Assembly (NCBI RefSeq): GCF_001194135.2
Contig: NC_068982.1
Location: 71,170,969-71,222,960, forward strand
From: Octopus bimaculoides
Lineage: Eukaryota
Reading direction: 5' to 3'
DNA: 51,992 bases
Numbering within the stretch: position 1 is the first letter of the stretch; the number at the start of each line of letters is the position of its first letter. This document shows, one piece after another, positions 11,572-23,642 of this stretch. The translations under genes were made by a program, and so were the position numbers. The notes under the pieces were generated by a model that was not told the DNA's origin, ran no database searches, and was given only the letters and a program-made list of their open reading frames with translations.

Positions 11572-12015
11572 GGCGCAGGAGTGGCTGTGTGGTAAGTAGC
11601 TTGCTTACCAACCACATGGTTCCGGGTTCATTCCCACTGCGTGGCACCTTGGGTAAGTGTCTTCTACTATAGCCTCGGGCCGACCAAAGCCTTGTGAGTG
11701 GATTTGGTAGACGGAAACTGAAAGAAGCCCGTCGTATATATGNNNNNNNNNNNNNNNNNNNNNNNNNNNNTATATATATATGTATGTTTGTGTATATGTT
11801 TGCGTGTTTGTATTTATCTCCCCAACATCACTTGACAACCGATAGTGGTGTGTTTACGTCCCCGTAACTTAGCGGTTCGGCAAAAGGAGGCCGATAGAAT
11901 AAGTACTAGGCTTACAAAGAATAAGTCCTGGGGTCGATTTGCTCGACTAAAGGCGGTGCTCCAGCATGGCCGCAGTCAAATGACTGAAACAAGTAAAAGA
12001 GTAAAAGAGTAAGAG
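11572..12015 (+). mobile_element. SINE A, full length (small gap in the internal TA tract)
   Basis: A-box-like TGGCTGTGTGG, B-box-like GGTTCATTCCC, full body, tail of AAAAGAGT repeats. Confidence 0.95.
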
Positions 12016-12029
12016 TATGACTTTTTATT

Positions 12030-13085
12030 ACCTGGATTCAAGTACGACACCAAACACTATATTTTACAACGGAAAACACTATATTAGTACGACACTAAAC
12101 ACAACAGTGATATAACGCTAAACGCCACATTAATGCAACATCAAACACTACATTAATAAACCGCTAAACACTTAGCACTGCATCAGTATAATTATTAAAC
12201 GCGAAATTAGAACCATGCTAAACACTACATCAGGAAATTAAACCCAACATTCCTGCACTGAAGTCTCCACTATTACAAGTAAACGCAACATGGGAACAAC
12301 ACCAAATACTAAATATTCACACGAAACACGACATTTTTACGACACTAGACGCACTACTGCCACATTAAACATTATTACAACATCGCAAACACTAAACACA
12401 ATAATATTGGTTTCACATTTTGGCACAAGGCCAGCAATTTCGGGGCAAAGGCTTAAGTCGATTACATCGACCCTTGTATTTAACTGGTGTTATATTTTAT
12501 CGATCCTAAAAGGTCGAAAGGCAAAGTTGACCTCTGCGAAATATTCGAACCGAGAACGTAAGGACAAGCGAAATGTCGCTAAGTAGTTTGTCCGGCGCGC
12601 TAACGATTCTGCCAGCACGTTGCCTACACACAATAATATTAGTTTCAAAGTTTGGCACAAAGCCAGCAATTTCGGGGGAGGGGTAAGTCGTTTACATCGC
12701 CCCTAGTGCTCAACTGGTACCTATTTTATCGACCATCGGCGGAATTTGAACATAAAAACAGGTGAAAAATCGCTAAGCATTTTATCCGGCATACTAACGA
12801 TTCTGCCAGCTCGCCGCCCAAACAATAATATCACATGACCTAAACAGTATATTAGTACATCACTAACCACAGCAACATGGTTTCACTGAACACATTATTA
12901 CATCATTAAACACAACAATATTTTAACACTAAACACATTATTACAACGCTAAACGCTACATTGCTAGATCTAAACACTACATTATAACAATGCTAAACAC
13001 TTCAATAAAAGAACACTAAGCACATTATTTATTAAGACATTAAACAAAAGACTAAACACATAATTGGAACATCTAAACACTACAA
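12030..13085 (+). repeat. Degenerate AAACACT/ACATTATT array hosting SINE B insertions
   Basis: Many ACACTAAACAC(ATTA) units; the same motif also occurs at 11330-11410. Confidence 0.65.
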
Positions 13086-13250
13086 TACTGGCTTCAAATT
13101 TTGGCACAAATCCAGCAACTTCGTGGGAGGTGGCAGGCCGATTACATCGACCTCAGTGCTCAAGTGGTGCTTATTTTTTAGATTTCGAAATAGTAAAAGG
13201 TAAAGTCGACCTCGGTGGAATTTGAACTCCGCTAAGCATTTCACCCAGCG
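12402..13250 (-). mobile_element. Cluster of three SINE B copies (about 12402-12625, 12632-12819, 13083-13250)
   Basis: Each reads TTTGGCACAA..CCAGCAA.TTCG...GTCG..TACATCG...; two keep the head CTAACGATTCTGCCAGC. Confidence 0.9.
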
Positions 13251-13789
13251 TGCGTGACCTTAAACATTGCATAATTCCTCGTAGTCGTACGACCTGCTGG
13301 AAATTACAAACAAATCTCCCTCAAATCACCTCCTCCCCACCAGCTTGTATACACACACACACACACACACATTATATAATGATGGATCATGGCTGTCAAT
13401 CGTTTGATAAAGATGGCTCATAGCTGTCAATCGTTTGATCTTCAGTTATCTGAAACACGTTTGACCTACAGCTAAACAACGAAAGCAATGTTATTTATTT
13501 ATCTGTTTATTTATTTATATATTGAGCCACGAATAGATGATTAGATTTGACACCAGGATTATATATTATTTTCTTTTCTTTTGACCAGACTCGAAACACA
13601 CAAGATTTAGACAAAGGAAAATGAAAAATTTCCGAAGTGCACTTGTCTGACGAGTGAATTGATCTGAGACGATGTCTTGAAATTGAAACAATTACAGCGT
13701 GGAAGATACATATTAAGCATTTAAAAACATTCAAAGACCGTTAACACTTTATTTAACAATTACTATGTGATGTCCACATTTTCATCTTA

Positions 13790-13954
13790 GGCGAAGGCGT
13801 GGCTGTATAGTAAGAAGTTGGCTTTCCAACCACATGGTTCTGGGTTTAGTTCCATTGCGTGGCACATTGGGCTAGTGCCTACTACTATAGCCTCGGACTG
13901 ACAAAAGCCTTCTGAGTGGATTTGGTTGACAGAAAGTGAAGGCAGCCCGTTGTA

Positions 13955-13955
<1 letters not shown>
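13790..13955 (+). mobile_element. SINE A 5' half ending in (TG)n
   Basis: GGCGAAGGCGTGGCTGTATAGTAAG...GAGTGGATTTGGTTGACAGAAAGTGAAGGCAGCCCGTTG. Confidence 0.85.
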
Positions 13956-14033
<78 letters not shown>

Positions 14034-14329
14034 TCTCCTTTTCTTTCTGGTTGGGTCGTTGATGACCTCTTTCTAGCATATTGGATGTCCACCTAATGGT
14101 CATCCCTGATACACGATATATATATGTATTGAGATAGATAGATAGATAGATAGAATGAGTATTTAGATGGATCTAAATACTCAAACCAGTCTATAACTTA
14201 GGGTGTGCTTCTCTTTCGGATTTATGATTTACTGACAATACATAGAGGTCTGGCTGTATGGTAAGGAGTTGGCTTCCCAACCACATGGTTCCGGGTTCAG
14301 AATATATATATACAAATAAAAGAATATAT

Positions 14330-14583
14330 CTCTTTTACTCTTTTGCTTGTTTCAGTCAATTTACTGCGGCCATGCTGGAGCACCGCCTTTAGTCAAACAA
14401 ATCGACCCCAGGACTTATTCTTTGTAAGCCTAGTACTTATTCTATCTTTCTCTTTTGCCGAACCACTAAGTTACAGGGACGTAAACACAGCAACATCAAT
14501 TGTCAAGCGATGGTGGGGGGGCTAAACATAGACACACAAACATATATATATATATATATATATGCGACAGGCTTCTTTCAGTT
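14330..14583 (-). mobile_element. SINE A 3' half and internal TA tract, cut by a gap
   Basis: Reverse complement of the SINE A tail and body. A separate plus-strand head fragment lies at about 14245-14300. Confidence 0.9.
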
Positions 14584-15239
14584 NNNNNNNNNNNNNNNNN
14601 NNNNNNNNNNNNNNNNNNNNNNNNNNNNNNNNNNNNNNNNNNNNNNNNNNNNNNNNNNNNNNNNNNNNNNNNNNNNNNNNNNNNNNNNNNNNNNNNNNNN
14701 NNNNNNNNNNNNNNNNNNNNNNNNNNNNNNNNNNNNNNNNNNNNNNNNNNNNNNNNNNNNNNNNNNNNNNNNNNNNNNNNNNNNNNNNNNNNNNNNNNNN
14801 NNNNNNNNNNNNNNNNNNNNNNNNNNNNNNNNNNNNNNNNNNNNNNNNNNNNNNNNNNNNNNNNNNNNNNATATAACGAACAAACAAAAATTTCACGTAC
14901 CCTCTTTTCATTTTTGCTTCATTCAAAGACACTGAACGATGGAATAGAAAAACGTAAAATGGCTTCGAATAATGATTGAGTGATACGACGGTGCAGTCAT
15001 AGTCGGCTATTCCATCTTTACTTCTTGTTCTACTGCAGTCGTTCTGATCCTGGACAGTAGCACCCCCACACCATAGAGGCGTTGTGATCTCGCAAAGGAG
15101 CGATAAATCTTGAGAGGGCCGTATGGGAACAGAGCGTTGGGTGTTTAGAGGAGCGTGTGGATTATTTAATTTCTTCTTTTGGTGGGGGGAATAAAATATT
15201 TAATCCGGGTATAATACTAATATTATTTATCCTTAATGT

Positions 15240-15335
15240 TTTGCTTGTTTCAGTCAAAGGACTGGTCTTGGAGTTGAACACACTATCTCATGATTGCGTG
15301 CCCGACGCTCTAACCACTGAGCCATGCGCCTAGCC
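15240..15335 (-). mobile_element. Mini-SINE: tRNA-like head fused directly to the SINE A terminus
   Basis: Minus strand GGCGCATGGCTCAGTGGTTAGAGCGTCGGGCACGCAATCATGAGATAGTGTGTTCAACTCCAAGACC, then CTTTGACTGAAACAAGCAAAAC. Confidence 0.65.
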
Positions 15336-15664
15336 ATTCAAATACTGAACTTCACTTAACCATTTATTACTTAGTGTCAAAATTTTCGTCGTTCTACAAC
15401 AGTGAAACTGTGTTAGTGACCAGATTGTAATTGCTTTGAAATTTTTGATTCCAAACAAATTATAAATATTTAAGTAATGTTAGCAGTTTTCGTATATTGT
15501 CGAATGGCAAATATGTTTTCCATGCTGTAATTGTTTAGTTTCAATTCAGAATCTCAGATCAAATCACTTGCCAGACATGTACATCATATCCGAAAACGTA
15601 AGGCTAATTTTACAGAAACAGATGTTGTTGATTAAGTGAGATTCATAATACTACAGGTATTTAT

Positions 15665-17560
15665 AAGGTGGCGAGCTGGTAGAATCGTTAGCACGCCGGG
15701 CAAAATGCTTGGCGGCATTTCGTGCGTCTTTACGTTCTGAGTTCAAATTCCGCCGAGGTCGACTTTGCCTTTCATCTTTTCGGGGTCAATAAATTAAGTA
15801 CCAGTTGAGTACTGAGGTCAATGTAATCGAATTACCCCGCCCCAAAATTTCAGGCCTTGTGCCTTTAGTAAAAAGGAATATTACAGTTATCCGCAAGGCA
15901 GTGTACTGGCAGAATCGTTAACACGCCGGGCAAAATGCTTAGAAGCATTTCGTGCGTCTCTACGTTCTGAGTTCAAATTCTGCCGAAGTGGACTTTGTTT
16001 TTCATTCTCCTCTGGGGTTCATACTATAAGTATCAATTGAACAAAAATTGTGGCAAAAATTTGAAATAATTATTTAATTGGTATGAGGCGGCGAGCTGGN
16101 NNNNNNNNNNNNNNNNNNNNNNNNNNNNNNNNNNNNNNNNNNNNNNNNNNNNNNNNNNNNNNNNNNNNNNNNNNNNNNNNNNNNNNNNNNNNNNNNNNNN
16201 NNNNNNNNNNNNNNNNNNNNNNNNNNNNNNNNNNNNNNNNNNNNNNNNNNNNNNNNNNNNNNNNNNNNNNNNNNNNNNNNNNNNNNNNNNNNNNNNNNNN
16301 NNNNNNNNNNNNNNNNNNNNNNNNNNNNNNNNNNNNNNNNNNNNNNNNNNNNNNNNNNNNNNNNNNNNNNNNNNNNNNNNNNNNNNNNNNNNNNNNNNNN
16401 NNNNNNNNNNNNNNNNNNNNNNNNNNNNNNNNNNNNNNNNNNNNNNNNNNNNNNNNNNNNNNNNNNNNNNNNNNNNNNNNNNNNNNNNNNNNNNNNNNNN
16501 NNNNNNNNNNNNNNNNNNNNNNNNNNNNNNNNNNNNNNNNNNNNNNNNNNNNNNNNNNNNNNNNNNNNNNNNNNNNNNNNNNNNNNNNNNNNNNNNNNNN
16601 NNNNNNNNNNNNNNNNNNNNNNNNNNNNNNNNNNNNNNNNNNNNNNNNNNNNNNNNNNNNNNNNNNNNNNNNNNNNNNNNNNNNNNNNNNNNNNNNNNNN
16701 NNNNNNNNNNNNNNNNNNNNNNNNNNNNNNNNNNNNNNNNNNNNNNNNNNNNNNNNNNNNNNNNNNNNNNNNNNNNNNNNNNNNNNNNNNNNNNNNNNNN
16801 NNNNNNNNNNNNNNNNNNNNNNNNNNNNNNNNNNNNNNNNNNNNNNNNNNNNNNNNNNNNNNNNNNNNNNNNNNNNNNNNNNNNNNNNNNNNNNNNNNNN
16901 NNNNNNNNNNNNNNNNNNNNNNNNNNNNNNNNNNNNNNNNNNNNNNNNTGCGTCTTTACGTTCTGAGTTCAAATTCCGCCGAGGTCGACTTTGCCTTTCA
17001 TCCTTTCGGGGTCGATAAATTAAGTACCAGTTACGCACTGGGGTCGATATAATCGACTTAATCCGTTTGTCTGTCCTTGTTTGTCCCCCTCTGTGTGTAG
17101 CCCCTTGTGGGCAGTAAAGAAATAGGTATTTCGTCTGTCTGCATGTTCTGAATTCAAATTGCACCGTGGTCGGCTTTGCCTTTCGTCCTTTTCGGGACGG
17201 ATAAAATAAGTACCAGTTGAACACTGGAGTCGGTGTAATCGACTTACCCTTCTTCCAAAATTGCTGGCCTTGTGCCAAAATTTGAAACCAGTATATGAGT
17301 TATAACTACTAGCCTAATTAATTAACACCTCGGAAAAGAAAGGTGAGTTTATTCACACTGCTCTATTTCTGAGGCATTTTACAATACTTTGTGGTATATC
17401 TACTGGATCTTTACGTTCTGAATTCAATTTCATCGAGGTCAACTTTACTTTTACCCTTTCGGGGCCCATAAAATAAAGTACAAGTCAATTGCGGGGTTCA
17501 ATGCAATCGACTAATCCCTTATTCTTCAACATTGCTGGCCTTGTGTCTAATTCAGAAACA
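15665..17560 (+). mobile_element. Cluster of about five same-strand SINE B copies (15665-15880, 15895-16045, 16085-gap-17075, 17130-17295, 17405-17560)
   Basis: Repeated AAGG(C/T)GGCGAGCTGG heads and TTACGTTCTGAGTTCAAATTCCGCCGAGGTCGACTTTGCC cores. Confidence 0.9.
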
Positions 17561-17599
17561 TTTATAATTATTGTTGTTGTGGCCTCAGATCTGAAGTCA

Positions 17600-18270
17600 A
17601 ACTACTGATGATTAACTTCGTATCTGAGGCATGACTTTCACAAGATAGACAATGATATCAATGAACAACAGGGTTGTAGACGGGGCCGTTGTAAGAGCAT
17701 GGTAGATCTCCGAAGAAAGCAATGCACTGGGGCTTCTATATAAACTATTATAACATACTTAGATTGGTATTGGGCACCTAGATTCGTGGCACACCTCGGG
17801 TAACTGCCCAGTGTGTCCATTTCTTTAGACGGCACTGTTTGTAGAGGCGCTATTTGAGATCTACGGACGTCATATAGAATTTCTAGGGCAAGTCAGCTTA
17901 CCTTTCACGTCGAGTTCTACTCAGCAGGACCTGTTCTACGTTGTGTTCGCTATCTGGATACTTAACGGTGGATAGTTCAACATTTCTCGGTTCTTTTAGC
18001 TGTCTGTCAACACCGAGGTTAGTGTGCCATGACGGTAAATTTCGAGTCTAAATTTTTATGATAAAAATTTTGCTAGGATACAACGTTTCAGATTTATAAG
18101 GGATAAGGGTAAACGAGATTATGAGGCGTTCATGGATTTCTTCGGGATATTAAACCGGCGGACGTCAGTAATAGGTAGCACAAATCGGAATTTCTCCATT
18201 ATGAGGGGAATTTTTCGGATTTTTTTTTTCACGGTGTTCTTGGAAATGATAGGGGAGCATTTCCCTTAGC
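17600..18270 (-). mobile_element. Highly degraded Penelope-like element (RT C-terminus to GIY-YIG region)
   Basis: Across frameshifts: LREN.PLSFPRT, IPYKSET..SKIF, HTNL..QLKEPRNVELSTVKYP.SEHNVEQV..SRTRR, SNSA...NGH. The order matches PLE ORF C-termini; weak, by eye. Confidence 0.45.
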
Positions 18271-18719
18271 AAAAAAAAAAAAAAAAAAAANNNNNNNNNN
18301 NNNNNNNNNNNNNNNNNNNNNNNNNNNNNNNNNNNNNNNNNNNNNNNNNNNNNNNNNNNNNNNNNNNNNNNNNNNNNNNNNNNNNNNNNNNNNNNNNNNN
18401 NNNNNNNNNNNNNNNNNNNNNNNNNNNNNNNNNNNNNNNNNNNNNNNNNNNNNNNNNNNNNNNNNNNNNNNNNNNNNNNNNNNNNNNNNNNNNNNNNNNN
18501 NNNNNNNNNNNNNNNNNNNNNNNNNNNNNNNNNNNNNNNNNNNNNNNNNNNNNNNNNNNNNNNNNNNNNNNNNNNNNNNNNNNNNNNNNNNNNNNNNNNN
18601 NNNNNNNNNNNNNNNNNNNNNNNNNNNNNNNNNNNNNNNNNNNNNNNNNNNNNNNNNNNNNNNNNNNNNNNNNNNNNNNNNNNNNNNNNNNNNNNNNNNN
18701 NNNNNNNNNNNATGTACAT

Positions 18720-20420
18720 TCCCACTCACCATTTGGCTAATTCCTGGTGTTGGAATATACAACCTCTCCCACCTCACATTTCCCTCCCCACACACATACA
18801 CAGCATACATACAAACACTTGCAAACATCACACACACACAAACAGATATATACATAGATGTGTACGCATGTAGAAACGAACATACAAAGATTTTCAATTA
18901 ATTAAAAGCCAGCTATAATTTCTTATAAATCACATTTGATGTTTATCCCTCTTCTCAAATTATATTCCCTCCTTTCTCTCTCTCTCTCTCTCTCCTCTTT
19001 CTCCACCCTTCCTTTCAAGTTACCCCTCATTCAACTCCCTAGCATCGCTCCCTCCCACTCTCTCCTTCACAAATTCCATCTGTTCAATCTTATTTATCTC
19101 CCTTCTCATAACCTCTCTCTCTTTATGGAGTTTCTCCTATTACGATCTGCTGTTTCTCTCTTTCCCCATATTCTCTGCATTTAACCTTTACTCTTTTTTT
19201 TTTAAAACTCCCCCTCTATCTTTCTCTCATTTATACATACTCACTTTTTCCTATCTTTCTCTTTCTCATTTACACATACAACCCTGTCTGTCTGTCTTTC
19301 TATTTCTCTCTCTCTTTCTCTTTCTCTCTCTCCTCACTCATTTTGTATACGAATCTTTATCTAATTCCGCTTCTTGCTTTGAGTCTATCTCGCTTTATCT
19401 TCTCTCTCATCAGTCTCGTATCTGTTCTCTCCTACATATCTTCACTTTTTTCTTCATTTTCCTCTTCCTTATTCTCTCTCTTTCTCTTTCTCCCCCCCTC
19501 TCTCTCTTACTCATATGCGCACCTACACGGAACACACACTTACACACATACACATGTCTACAAACACGCATAAACATATAAATACAAATCTATGCCTTCA
19601 CGCTTGCCGCTTCACCGCTTCATTCCAGCAACACACAACACCACGAACACACACAGACATACACAAACACATACGCAGACACACACACAGTCACCCATAA
19701 ATACACACACACACACACACACACTGCTTTCTAATATAAAACTTTTATAACTGCCCTTTCGCCGTTTATGTTTCATTTTAATGTTGCCGTCTTATCGCCT
19801 TTGATCAAAACACAAAAATAGCCACTTGGAAATGGCTGGAGTAAGAGTTAGAGCGTGATGGAGTTTAGCAGACGGACTGATCTAGGCCTACTTTGGGGTG
19901 AGAAGGGCTTAATTGTAAATGAGAGAGGGGATAAGGAGCAGAGATGGGGTAGGTGAGTGAGAAAAATGGCTGTTTCTATGAATCATAAACACAGATGATC
20001 ATTTCATCTTGTCGTCAAACGCTATTATATATATAAAAGGAGTTACGTGTGTGTGTATGTGTTTGTGTATGTGTATCTATGTGTATGTGTGTGTAAGTGC
20101 GTATGTATGTGCACATATATATGTATGTATATATGCATATATATATGTGTACGCACACATATAATGCACATATGTAAATATGTATATGTATGTATGTGTA
20201 TGCAAACATACATGTTTGTGTGTGCGTGTGTATTGTATGCGTAAGTTTAGGCGTTTGTGTGTAACGGTATGTGTGTGTGTGTGTGTGTGTGTATGTGTGT
20301 GTGTGTGTGTCTGAGCGCGCGCGTGAACTTCTCCATCATCCATTTAACTTCTTTTGATTTGTATGACAGCCTGTAAAATGCTTTCACACACACACACACA
20401 CGCACATACGCGCGCGCGTA
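18720..20420. repeat. CT-rich, CA-rich and TG/TA microsatellite field
   Basis: Directly visible, with a few non-repetitive spacers. Confidence 0.8.
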
Positions 20421-20884
20421 ACCAAATATAGAAAGATATATACTTATACATTATGACCGCTTTATAGAAGAGGTGAACCTAAATTTTATGACTTTATGAT
20501 CTAGGACCCGAGGCCCTTAATTTTCACAGCCAATATTAGAGGCGGGACTAAAGGGTTTTAAAAATATAGTGGCCTTTATTATTAATCAGCTGTCTGGGAC
20601 TTCTCATTATTTGCTTTATAAGAGCCACCTCTGTTGTACACTGATATTCATTAGATATACAGTATTGTTGACCTGTGGTTTAATGGATCATAAGATCGGA
20701 TTCTCTCATCGATATTGCCCTGTGTCTCACTACATTGATAATACTAACTGTACCGGTGCTTTCTTACGTTTCAGTCTTAAGAAAGTACTGGTGATTGTGT
20801 TTTATTGACAAGTGGGTTTGTTAGCTTATAGTTCAAATCTGAGTTCAACTCTAACCATTACGTTAGTTTTGTTGCAATGTATAC

Positions 20885-21160
20885 TACATCGTTCCTCGAT
20901 TATCACGGGGGTTTGGTGTAAACGTCCTCGATTATCACGGGAGTTTGGCGTAAGGTATGTGACATTGTTCCTCGATTATCACGTGTGTTTGGTGTAAACT
21001 ATACTAAATGGTTCCTTGGTTATTACGGGGCTTTGGTGTAAAGTTTACTACGTTATTCCTCGATTATCATGGGGCTTTATTTAGTATATTACATCGTTCC
21101 TCGACTATCACGAAGTTTGGGTGTAAAGTTTACTACATCATTCCTCGATTATCACGGGTG
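20885..21160 (+). repeat. Minisatellite of about 7 copies of a ~44-bp unit
   Basis: Consensus ACATCGTTCCTCGATTATCACGGG.TTTGGTGTAAAGTTTACT; the last copy is the left terminus of the adjacent pogo/Tigger element. Confidence 0.9.
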
Positions 21161-21642
21161 TGATAAAAAAACAAAGAGAAAAAGAAACCCACATTGATAA
21201 ATGAATCATCTCCAGACACTTTGTAAATGGAACGAATAATAGATTCATTGACATCAAACTCGCAGCCCACAACAGCAAAGCTTCCTCCGCCACGTACTTT
21301 ATTGATCGTCTCTACCTTTTCCTGTAGAGAATACATTCGTCTATGTCGCTTGTTGAAATCAGACGTTTCTTTTTTACTTTTTCTGTTCACTGGTTTCACT
21401 TTGGTGGGTACGAGTGCGTAAATCCGTATAAAAAGATATGCAGCCTTGCAGTACGGTCATGTAAACAAAAGCAGTAGTCAGTGCATGATGGGTGGTTGTT
21501 GGGATACTTTTTTGCCGATACAGCACAATCTTCAACTGATCGCCGAGTCGTATTATTACAGAACAATCCGTGATAAGTGTAACATGGCTCACAGTTATCC
21601 CGGATCAGAGATAAATGAATCGGTGATAAACGAAGCTACATG
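21136..21642 (-). mobile_element. pogo/Tigger-type internally deleted DNA transposon
   Basis: Minus-strand KRHRRMYSLQEKVETINKVRGGGSFAVVGCEFDVNESIIRSIYK is a CENP-B/pogo N-terminal HTH; TA at both ends (21134-21135, 21643-21644); decayed TIRs sharing C.TCG.TTATCAC.G. Confidence 0.8.
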
Positions 21643-21769
21643 TATTAAAAACTCTGACCTAGTTCGCTTTAATTCAACTATGCTATGGTTCAAGGCTTTC
21701 CAGCCGTGGCTATGCCTCCTTTTTTCTTATATATATAGCACAAAGAGTATTGTACCACTTAGTGTCTCC

Positions 21770-21905
21770 TTCCTGGCATTGAAACGATATTTTGGGTGAT
21801 ATTTTATCGTCCCCAGAAGAGATGAAAGGCAAAATTGAACTCAACAGGGTTTGAATTCAGAACGTAAAACCGAAAAAAATGGTACAGAACATTTCGTCCG
21901 GCATA
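21770..21905 (-). mobile_element. SINE B fragment
   Basis: GATGAAAGGCAAAATTGAACTC...TTTGAATTCAGAACGTAAA is the reverse complement of the B core. Confidence 0.75.
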
Positions 21906-22492
21906 CTTAAAATATAGATAGTGTCATTTGAATAGAAGTTAGGGTTCGATTTTGGGTCCGGGTTAAGGTTACACTGAAAGTATCAATCACTTTATCGTAA
22001 ACGTTGTTTCAGAAATTTAATTGTGCCGCATTTTGACGCTGATGTCGTCTGCTTTTGTTGAAATCCAAATTTTACAACATCTACTACCAACACTGCTTAT
22101 CTCTCCCAGCAATATTAGAATTTTAGAACTAATCCCCTTTGCTATGCAATTCATCGTTCACAGCACGGAATTCGTACAAGCGTTCTTGTACTAAGACTTC
22201 GACGCTCTTGATAAAGAATTTGAATTCTTTGACATCTTCAATCCCACCACCCATGTCAGCTTTACGGCTCTATAGTCTTAATCATAAACATTTATCTCTG
22301 TCCTAATCTCTATTGGCTTCTGTGATTGCCATAGCCTCCGCAAAACGATATAGTAAAACTATCAACTGATAGGTGAAACACAGACACATATAGAGTATCT
22401 CTTTTTATCTCCCCTTCTCTCTCGTTCTCGCTCTTTACCTATCCAACTATCTGAATCTACAGACGCGCGCACACACACACAGACACACACAC

Positions 22493-22827
22493 GTACATGC
22501 GCCTATATGTATATACTCATCCACCCTCGCTTGAAACAAACACATACTCACCCACACATTCGCCAAATATATATATATATATTATATATATGTGTGTGTG
22601 TATGTGTGTGTGTATGTTTGTGTGTCTGTTTGTCCCCCCAGCATCGCTTGACAACCGATGCTGGTGTGTTTGCGTCCCCGTAACTTAGCGGTTCGGTAAA
22701 AGACACCGATAGAATAAGTACTAGGCTTACAAAGAATAAGCTCTGTGGTCGATTTGCTCGAATATAAAGGCGGTGCTCCAGCATAGCCGCAGTCAAATGA
22801 CTGAAACAAGTAAAAGAGAGTAAAAGA

Positions 22828-22866
<39 letters not shown>

Positions 22867-22941
22867 TTTGGCAAATGTGTGGGTGAACATGTGTGTGTTA
22901 TAAGCGAGGGTGGATTAGTATATACATATAGGCGCATGTAC
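22493..22941. repeat. 78-bp inverted repeat pair enclosing (TA)n, a SINE A 3' half and (TA)n
   Basis: 22493-22570 versus reverse complement of 22864-22941: 7 mismatches in 78 nt by manual alignment. Confidence 0.9.
22600..22830 (+). mobile_element. SINE A 3' half
   Basis: TTTGTCCCCCCAGCATCGCTTGACAACCGATGCTGG...TGACTGAAACAAGTAAAAGAGAGTAAAAGAGTA. Confidence 0.95.
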
Positions 22942-23232
22942 ATGTGTGTGCGGGCGCGCATGTGTATGTATGGATTAGTGCGCTTACGCGAATACTATGG
23001 ACTTTTTCACTCCCTTACCTTGACTCCCTCCCATCACTTAGCGGTCATTCTAATAGCTCTTTTGTCTTAATAACGGTCAACCACACAGTAATTTCCATTT
23101 GTTTAACGGTCATTTTCATAGGAATTTTCAATGGCCAGATAACTGAAGAGATGGCGGCGTGGGTTTCCGCCCCGGCATTCGAAACTCGGAGTATTATCAT
23201 AGCTACCGAATAATTGTCACATATTTTTACAG

Positions 23233-23276
<44 letters not shown>

Positions 23277-23354
23277 NNNNNNNNNNGTGTCTGTGTCTGT
23301 GTATAGTATAAAACATTATTTTCAATTCCTGCACACACAAAAATGGTGTATATA

Positions 23355-23590
23355 GGCATGGCTGTGTGGTTAAGAAACTCGCTTTCCGATCATGTGGTTT
23401 AAGGTTCAGTCCCACTTCACGGCACCTTAGGCAATTGTCTTCTATCAAAGTCCCAGGCTGACCGCCAACGGGCATATGGCGTAGTGGTTAAGAGCGTGGG
23501 CTACTAACCCCAAGATTCAGAGTTCGATTCCAGGCAGTGACCTGAATAATAATAACATCGAAAAATACCTTTGGAATGAGAACCCAGGTA
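23355..23590 (+). mobile_element. SINE A head fragment followed by a different tRNA-headed SINE (family D, 23470-23590)
   Basis: GGCATATGGCGTAGTGGTTAAGAGCG (A box) and GAGTTCGATTCCAGG (B box); no acceptor stem, so not a tRNA gene. Confidence 0.75.
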
Positions 23591-23642
23591 CATAATTCCT
23601 CATCTCTTAAATATAGAACTGAAAAGGCAATCAATTTTTAAT

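Noticed and set aside
13381-13460. 31-bp tandem duplication followed by GAAACACGT, possible hammerhead
   Set aside because: No CUGANGA core; more likely the duplicated end of a dispersed repeat fragment.
20885-21160. Repeat-spacer-like array suggesting CRISPR
   Set aside because: The 'spacers' are homologous to each other, the repeat is a transposon TIR, no cas genes are present and the context is eukaryotic.
23470-23545. tRNA gene candidates (also 25840, 27340-27420, 49540-49619)
   Set aside because: A and B boxes are present but acceptor stems do not pair and each continues into a SINE body.
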